64,000 nt of DNA, taken from assembly GCF_009914755.1 (NCBI RefSeq), contig NC_060929.1. One strand, written 5' to 3'. Shown piece by piece: positions 54,620-64,000 of the stretch. The notes under the pieces are model-generated. The model was given only the letters and a program-made list of their open reading frames with translations, searched no databases and was not told the origin of the DNA. Within the stretch, counting starts at the first letter, position 1; every line of letters begins with the position of its first letter. The DNA is from the human T2T-CHM13v2.0 reference genome, Homo sapiens. The position numbers were made by a program, and so were the translations under genes.

Positions 54620-57600
54620 ACTAGGACGTTCAAAATCAATAAACTTCTAGCCAGATAAGTCAAGAAAAAAGAGAGCAGATGCAAATTACCAATATTAGAA
54701 ATGAGAGAGGGACATGACATTCCAGTTATTAAAAGGTTACTAAGGAAAGATTATGAACAACTTTATGCCAGCAAATTCAACAATTTATATGAAATGGAAA
54801 AAATCCTTAAAAGCCAAACAGTCAAGATGAAACAGATTATTTTAAAAGCCCTAAATCTATCAAAGAAATTAAGGTGTAGTGAAAAATGTTCCGAAAAAGA
54901 AAACTTCATGTCCAGGTGACTTCAATGGTGAACTCTACCAAAACATTTAAGGAAGAAATGATACCAATCCTACACATACTCTTCAAAAAAATTCAAAAGG
55001 AGGGAATACTTCTGAAATCATTCTATTAAGCCAGCATTAGTATCATACTAATCAGACAAAAGACATTACAAAAACAGAAAACTAAAGACCAACATCGCTC
55101 ATGGATATAGATGTAAGATTCTAAACAAAATTTGAACAAATCAATGATGGTTGAGAATTTTCCAGAACTGATGTATCAACCCACAGATCTAAGATGCCAA
55201 ACAAAGCCTAAGTGGGAAAATACAATAAAATCCTCACGTATATACAACACAATGAAACTCAAAAAAAAAAAATTATAATTACAAAGAGAAAATCGTGAAA
55301 GCAGCCAGAGGAAAAAAAAATGGATTAGTCTAAATGGAGCAAAAGACTGACAGGTGACTTCTTCCCAGTAACAGTGGAAGTCAGAATACAAGGGAAAGTT
55401 ATCTTTACCTTTCCAGATAACCATCCATTTCAAGGGAGAAAAAAAAAGTCCTTCAAAAAGAAGGCAAAATAACGACATTTCAAAAAACAAGAGCAAAGTA
55501 AATGTGCCACCAGGTGACCTGCACTAAAGTAAATTCTAAACATATACTCAGGCAAAAGAAAAATTACTCCAGATGGAAGCTCAAAGACACAGCAAGGAAT
55601 GGAGAGTAAGAAAGGTGGCAAATTTGTGGGTAAATCTAAGTCAATATTAACTATATAAAACAACAGTAATAACTTACATTTAAAGAGATACAACATATGT
55701 GACAACCACATATATAAGCTGGGAGGAAAGTAAATGGGATTAAAGTGTTCTAAGGCTACTGCACTGCGCAGAAGTCTGGGCGAGTTTAGGCGTTGATAAG
55801 TCAGAGATGCATAATGAAATTTCTAGAACAACCATGAACAGAAATATATACAACATCCCATCTGATAGGTAGAAGAAAAAAAGGAGTAACAAAAACAAAA
55901 CTATCAAAAAAAAAGTAGAAAAAAAGGAACATAGAACAGATAGGACACATACTAATAGTAACAACAATATGATATAAACGAGACACCTCTAAAAACTAAA
56001 TATACACAAAGACTGAAAGTAAAACTGTGGAAAATGATATACGACACAAGTGCTAGCCAAACGAAAGCTGGTATAGCTACATTAATATCAAATAAAATTA
56101 ATTTTAAGGCAAAATTTATTAGTGGAAATAAAGATAATTTTGTAATGATAAAGCTTCTTTCAATTAACCTGGAAAATATAACAATTATACATTTGTATCC
56201 CAATACAAAATAGAAAAAGAGAGAAATTGAAAGAATCACACAAACACATCTAAAATCATGCTAGCTACATTTTAACACAATTCTCTTAGTAATCAAGAGA
56301 TATATACCAAAAACAAAAAAATCATCACTAAGGATACTGAAGACTTGAAAATTAATGAACATGACTAAAATGATTAATGAACATAAATAACTGTAGAACT
56401 CTTTTCAAGCATCCTAAAATTTATAAAAACCAGCCACTTATTATGTCATAAAGCAACTGTTAACACATTTCAAAGAATTTAAATCATATAGAGAATATAT
56501 CATCTGATCACAATTCAATTATGTTAAAAATCAACAATAAAGGAAAACTTAAATATTCATGTTTGGAAATTATAGTTCCAAATAGTATCTATGGATCAAA
56601 GTAGTAATGATAATGAAATAAAAAACTTTGCAGTTAGTGAATAACTAAAATGCTAGATATTGAGACTTGTAGAATGGAGTTAGTAGTAGGCAGAATTCTA
56701 AGATGGTTCCTGAAATCCTTTCCAAGCCCCATATCCATACCTTTGTGTGGACAACGCCTGTTACATTTAGTAAGAGAATATGGCAAAAGTGAAAGGATTT
56801 TGCAGATGCAATTAAGGTGCCTATTTAGTTGACTCTGACTTAATCAAAAGGGAGACTATCCCAGGTGACTCTGACCTAACCAAGTGAACTCTTTCTGGCC
56901 TTCTCTGAAACAGATTCTAGTCAGAAGTTCTGCTGACCTTAAAAAGGCATGTCACGTTACACTGCTTATATAAAAGAGCAGCCCTAAGTAGCTGAGGACC
57001 TCAGTTCTACAGCTTCAAGGAACTAAGTTTTATCAACAATCTGATTAATTTAGAAGAGAACTGTGAGCTCCAGATGACAATGCAGTTCAGCTGACTTCAC
57101 TGCAGCCTTGTGAGACCCTAAACAGAGGACCCAGTTAAGCCATGCTGAAACTCTTAACCCCAAGAAATTGTGAGATAATAAAATTATGCTGTTATAAACC
57201 AGTAAACCTGTGGTAATTTGTTACCCAGCATAGAAAACTAACGCAAGAGATAAAGTAGCATTATCATGGAAATCTATAGCTTTAAATATGTAAATCAGAA
57301 TAGAAAGTTGAAAATTTGAAGAGCTAACCATCCACTACAATAATATGACATATTAACATAGAAAAGAAAAAGCTGAAATCAACAAAATAGAGAAAATATA
57401 ACAAAGAAGAAAAACAAAAATATTGGCTTCTTTGTAAAGCAAAAACAATAAATATGATAAACCTCTAGCAAGACTAGTCAAGGAAAAAAGATACAAACAA
57501 TCTCAGATGCAATATAAGCAATACAAAGGGTACCATCCTTACAGATCTGGCACATGTTAAGTGTACAGGAAAAACACAGTGCTAACAAATTTGAAAGTGT

Positions 57601-60240
57601 AGACGTAATGGAAAGATACATAGGAATATGCAATCTACCAATATTACACAACAGAAAAGCTGAACCTTATTAATAAAAAGAAATTGAATCAGCATCCCAT
57701 AAAGAAGACACCAGGCCCCAAACACACTTCACCTATGATTTCTAATAAACATTCAAGGAAGAAGTAATGTAAATGTTATATACAAGCTCTCCCAGAAAAC
57801 AAGAAAAGAAAGCCAGTTTCCAAATCACTTTATAAGGCTAAAACAGCCTTGATATTAAGCAAAAATCTTAAAACAAATCCAGCTATTAAAAGCAGTCAAA
57901 CCACATCGTGGCCAGGTTTTTTTTACCCTAGGAAGAGAAGGTTGGCTTAATAATAGGAATCCAGTTCATGTAACTGACTACATTCAGAGAATAAAGGCAG
58001 AAAAATCATGATTTTTCTCAATAGAGCTTTTTGAAAATTCAAAATTTTATATCATTTATGATTATAAAAAACTCTTAGCAAATAAGAATAGGTGGGAAAT
58101 TTCTAAATTTAATAAAAGTATCATAAAATGCTTAGAGAATACTTTGAAAGCATTCCCAGAGAACAGGAACAAAACAAGAATGCCTACACATGACCTATTC
58201 AACATTATACTGGAGGTCCCTGCAAATTTAATTAGGCAAGAAAAAGAAAAGGACAATAGAAAGACAAATTTGTCATTACTTATAGAAAGTCCAAAAGAAT
58301 CTACAGATAAATTACTAAACTTTAAAAAAGATTTTTGCAAGGTTGAATAGAAAAATCAATTTAAAAAGTATCCCCACATACGAACAAAAAATTAAAAACT
58401 TAAAAGATATCATTTATGATAGCATCAAAAACAAAAAGATATAAGATTAACAAAATATATGTATGCAGTATTTCTATGAAGAAAATTTTAAGACTTTATT
58501 CAAAGATACAATGGAAAGACAACATTAACTCACCAAAAAATGCACTACTATAAAGAATTTGTTCACAGATACAATACAATCCCAATCAAAATCCTAACAA
58601 TTTTGTTTTGTTGAAATTCTAAAATTTGTATAAAAGTGCAAAGAACTGATCACAGCCAAAATCTTGAAGAACAAGGTATAAAAAGACTTATTTTACCAAA
58701 TATCAAGACTTTTAAAAGCTTTAGTAGTTAAGACAGTGTGTTACTGATATATGGGCAAATTGATCAATGGAATAAAAGAGAGCCCAGAAATAGACTCATG
58801 TAAATATGAGCATTTCACAGATGACAGAAATGGCATGTTCAACCAAATGAGAAAGATGACTTTTCAAGAAACAAGGGAAAAAAAAAGAACCTGGATACCT
58901 ACCTCACCCACAAAACAAAATTCAATTTGAGTGGAAGACAAAACTACACATATTTTAGAACACAGTACAGAAGATATTCATGACCTAAGGAGAGGGAAGT
59001 ATTTTTTAAATAAGACACAAAAACACCAAAAAATAGAGAAAAAGATGGATACATTTCACTAGGAGCAGAACGATAAATAACTGTGAGAAGATATTTGAAA
59101 TAGTTATTACCAAATGATTAAGTAGTCTCAGTATATGAAGGAATTTTATTAACCAAAAAGTCAATAAAATTTTTAAAAATGGGCAAATGATTTAAACAGC
59201 AACTTTGCAAAAAGGGGAAATCCAAATGGTAAATAAATTTGTAGAAAAAATAATTAACCTCATGGAAATGCAAATTAAGCAACGAGGTACCATTACAAGC
59301 CTAGATTTTCCAAAGTTTTAGTCTAACAATACCAAATGTGGAACCTTTTAATGCTGCTGGTGAAAGCACTAATTACTTTGGAAAAGTTAGGTATTACCTA
59401 GTTAATTTGAAGATATACATATCCTATGACCCACCAATTCCATTGCTGGATGTATTCTCAAGAGATCATACACATGTACAACCTGACATATATACACAAG
59501 AATGTTCATAATGGCTTTGTTCAAAATAGCAAAAAAGGTAGAATGATCCAAATGCCTTCATGGAAGAAATACATAGTGGTGGTATGTTAATAATAAACAC
59601 AGTAACAAAAACTATAGCCATATGCATCATCAGGGATGGCACTAAATGTTCAGCAAGTCACAAAAAAAGTGACATTTCTATTTATTAAATAGAATTTAAT
59701 ACTTTATTAAATTTTATTAATGTTTACTTCTACCTGTTTAGACTATTTTTAAGGAATGTAGACATCAGTACTACTCGAAGTGTGGTCCCATATTGATCCC
59801 ATATTGATCAACTGTCATTGGCTGATGGAGAGATAAGCACATAAAGTGAGCAAACATGCATAAACATTTAGAAATGCTGATAGTAAACTGACAGTGCCAA
59901 TGCATTCAAGTACATGATTTTGTATTTACAAAAGTATCATTTTATGATGGTTTAGAAATTATGTTTTAAAAAGTGTGACAACCAGTATACTTAATTGGTA
60001 AAAATACAAAGAAAAGATTATTTGCATTACAAGCAGAATATTGGTTCTCTCTCTTGGGGTGATTCAGGAAACTGACCAGGAAAGGATACATAGGAGCTTA
60101 CTAAGGTATTGGCAATGTACATTTCTTAACCTGAGCATTGGGTATATGAGTATCTGTTTTATAACTTTATTTCTCATTAAATTGTACATGCTGAATGCTC
60201 TCTTCTATATGATAGATTTCACAAATGTAAAAGTGTAAAA
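54620..60240 (+). mobile_element. Old L1 cluster (ORF2 piece, then ORF1-ORF2-3'UTR remnants)
   Basis: L1 motifs throughout: ccaggtgacttcaatggtgaa, gagaattttccagaactgatg, ttcaacattatactggaggtcc, cctatgacccaccaattcca. Confidence 0.87.
56683..57245 (+). mobile_element. MLT1 solo LTR nested in L1
   Basis: gtaggcagaattctaagatgg ... gtggtaatttgttacccagcatagaaaactaa. Confidence 0.85.
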
Positions 60241-60898
60241 ATTTGTTATAGACAGTACAATACCAATTTCTTTAAACAATACACAAATATCTATAAAAAT
60301 AACTGAAATACACCAAAACGAATGATGAAATTCTGGGTAGACTTTGTTCTTTGAACCATTCATTATTAATCAAATTCTTATGCTGTTGCCTTTTCAAAAT
60401 AGTAGTGATCATTAGGAATCATCCAGCACTAAAAACAGAGTATGCCAGACCAGTGTCACTTTTGTATCTAAATTTCAGCAAGGAAGCTGATTCCTAATGA
60501 TAAAAATAGGATAACATCCTTGTATTTTCCTCCAGAATTTGGAAACTCCTGAGATGGAGAAGTTACTCAGGAGATCAAACATCACCTTTATTGTTAGCAA
60601 AATTAAAGAATATGTCTTTCAATCTGTAGCAACAGGGACTGGTTAATACCCATATCCCTAAACTGGAGATTAAACCACTCAATTACTGGCATAGTCACAT
60701 AACCAGGGCTTCTGCTGTGGGGAGATGATGTAAAACTCCCTAAGAAATAAGTCTTTGGACCTATATATTCTCTTCTTCCTCTAGCACCCTGTAAATATCT
60801 TAGACCCTTAGAGTCCACTCTGCTTCATTACCTGTGTAACATTAGTTGCTCATACAGCTATCCTATCTACACCATCTAGGTTATGTTCCTGGAGGTGA

Positions 60899-61255
<357 letters not shown>

Positions 61256-61379
61256 TGACAGACATTCAAACACTATCATATTTGTGTCATGTATTGTTCA
61301 TGTAAGAGCCACATGAATAGAAACCATAGTAAGGACTTTAGGAACTAAAGAAAGATCAAGAGACCAGAATTAGACTAAT

Positions 61380-61895
61380 GATAAAAATATAATTACTAAG
61401 TGCTTGTATATGCTAGGCACTGATCCTCAGTGTTTAATAAACATCTCATTTCATTCTCATTATACCAGATGGCATCACCTTAGCAGCAGATGGAAAACAG
61501 AAATATATAGTTAATAAAATCCAAAGTCACACAACCATGACTTGAACTTGGCTGTGACTCCAAAGCCAAAGCACTGAACTGCTACTGAGCTGTAGTGAAA
61601 TCAAGATAGCTAAGCCTTCAGAGATCTATCCTTAATTGGTTTTTTGTAAGGCAATATTGCATAGTGCTTGAGAAAGAGGGCTCTGGAGCCAGACTGCTAT
61701 GGTTCATATTCAAACTCTGCTAATATACTGTGTGATATGAGATTTCTTAACCCCTCTATTCCTCAGTTTCCTCATCTGTAAAATGGAAATAATACCTTTA
61801 TTTCATAGAATCATTGCAAAGATTAAATGTGTCAATACAAATACTCAGCACAGCACCTAGCACAAGGTAGGCATTCAATAAATGTTAACCTATAT
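61380..61895. mobile_element. Two MIR elements in opposite orientation
   Basis: ccaaagtcacacaa...tgactccaaagcc; ggctctggagccagactgc...cctcagtttcctcatctgtaaaatgg. Confidence 0.75.
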
Positions 61896-61989
61896 TTATA
61901 GTTATTTCCCTGTTGTTTTTGGAGAATTATGCCCAGGAACCAGACTGTCCCCTCTGACTACATTATTAAGAAAAACACTGATACAACTG

Positions 61990-64000
61990 GGTAATATACA
62001 AACTAAAGGTAATTTACTTAAAAATTAAGACCTCTTTAGAGCAACTGATGATTTAACTGCTTTTCACCTACACAAACTTTCAGTAAGGAATGCAAAGAGA
62101 AGGTTACAAATTAGGCAGTACAGACGTGGTATTTCTCTTTCACCTTCTTTCTTGGACAGTCCCTCAGATATTTTAATAAAATACCAAATAAATAATCACT
62201 CTCATTACAGAACTGTACTCTAGGCTTTAAGTTTATAAGGAGCTTTAGAAAGATTTAAATCCTGACAGAAACAAGTAAAGTCAGTTTGTTGAAAGATTTT
62301 TTTTTATTCTACAAGAAATTGATAGGTGCAATCCTGTTAAAGAAATTTCTTTTCAAAAGTAAATGAAAAACCCCTCTGAATTATTTATATATTAATTTTT
62401 TGAAAACAATAGTCATAGGGCCTGCTTTGTCCTATTTAACTATAAATGTTACACATTTACAAACTGAAACAAAAATGCATAGTACAGAGATTTAAATGAA
62501 ATCTTCGAAAGAATAAATTTGCTTTTCAGTCCACTGTATTTTCAAAATTGATTATCACCAAGCTTGGATGAAAGCTGTGAACCACAAACCATTTGTTTAT
62601 TTAATAGAAAAAAGAATGTGTAGATTATTAGCAAAGTAATGCCTTAAAATGTATCTTCACACAGTTGAAATTTTAGTATAAACTTGTATATCAAGTTGCT
62701 TTCCATTATTTATTCTACTTTAAAAATATATACAACTATGATGTTCAAATATGTATTCTGAGCCATTATGTTCAAACATAAATATCTGGGAAATTCAAAC
62801 TGCTGCAACAAGTTAGGAAAGGATTAAGGAAAAATGATGAGCTACAAATTATGTAGTTGGAGGAAGAAAAAAATGTTACTTAGCATTTATGTCTGGATAG
62901 GTATGTATTTTCTAATTTACATACACATATCCAGTTGAGTATAGACAACCATCAAAATGTAACCAGTTACACAGAGACTAGACTAAGCCAACACTATTTT
63001 CTATAACAGGTAACAGTAGTGATTTCAAAAATTTTAATATCTCAATAGTTTCACCAAAAATTATTTGTGGTAATATGCTAATATTCTGAAGTTTTGAGAG
63101 GCACAGATTAAATGAGTGCACTATCTATGCCAAACTCAGCAAGTCTATAACTTACTGTTTAATTATGGTGTAAGTATCTGAACACAATAGCATAGAGAGG
63201 CAACCAGAAAAGGACATTTTACATATGCCCATGCTGATCAATCACATTAACATCAGTGCTTACAACTTTCAAATTTAAATATAAAGGGACACTTGCAAAG
63301 CCGCAAGACAACTTCAGTACAAAAACCCAAATTGATAAATCTGCAAAATCTTAAACTTCTTAATCCATTGATAAATATTAAGGAGTAGCTGGTCTTCAAA
63401 CACCGTAAAAAGTTAAAGGGTTGAAAACATGTTCACCCTTTGCTATACGGTGGCATCTGAAATTATCAGGCATGACAACTTGAATTTGTTTTGCTCTTCC
63501 ATGCAAGAAGTATATATATGCATTTTAAGATAGCTTAGAATTAAGAGTTAACTTCTAGTCAGTATTGGTAAGTGACTAGGATGGCTATCCAATCAGTATT
63601 CTATGGTATCACATACCAAAGTCTCTACAATATGACAGTCTTGTCTTGTTCAGAACTCATCACTTTTGGGTAGGGAAGAGAGGCACGGCAGAAAAGCAGT
63701 TGCAATTAAAAAAAAAAAAAACAGCAGAAAAGCTTTAAATATCTATATAATTTTGAATCATCTTGTATTCTATCAGATAATACTTGGAACAAAATCTTAT
63801 TTCAATCAGCTCAATCTATACAAGTTATAAGATGCAACACAATGTAAACCCTATAGTCTACAGAATATGCACTATTTAATACTCATTAACTAAAGAAAAG
63901 TCAATGAAGATTACCAAATAGGAAACACAAAGCATTCTAAATTTTTAAATCACTTTAGGGTAGCTAACCAGAAACTACAGAAATAAAATATGCACGACAA
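61990..64000 (-). other. TMED7: Distal 3'UTR of TMED7 (CDS beyond the right edge)
   Basis: Repeat-free AT-rich block with minus-strand AATAAA at 62714-62709, 62601-62596, 62308-62303 and AGTAAA at 62018-62013. Identity rests on known gene order, not visible CDS. Confidence 0.7.

Overview
Human (primate) genomic DNA, recognisable as the TICAM2 (TRAM) locus. The only credible protein-coding region is the 235-aa TIR-domain adaptor TICAM2 (CDS 30038..29331, minus strand), contained in one exon. Its non-coding first exon lies in a CpG island at about 50.7-51.3 kb, and the ~20.8 kb intron appears to be GC-AG. The repeat-free, AT-rich last ~2 kb has tandem minus-strand poly(A) signals and, from known gene order, is the TMED7 3'UTR, the partner in the known TMED7-TICAM2 read-through (TAG). 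The rest is mostly interspersed repeats: about 11 Alus including a young AluYa5, a complete MSTB-like MaLR with an Alu inside it, THE1/MLT1/MER39-like LTRs, ERVL remnants, old L1/L2/MIR and DNA transposons. I cannot support a wholly new biological system. The most interesting features are two competing splice acceptors and a uORF at the start of exon 2, the GC donor backed by a G-rich tandem repeat, a 165-bp local duplication, an 83-bp Tigger4 MITE and the AluYa5 just past the poly(A) site. Repeat subfamily names come from memory of consensus sequences, and old-repeat boundaries are approximate.
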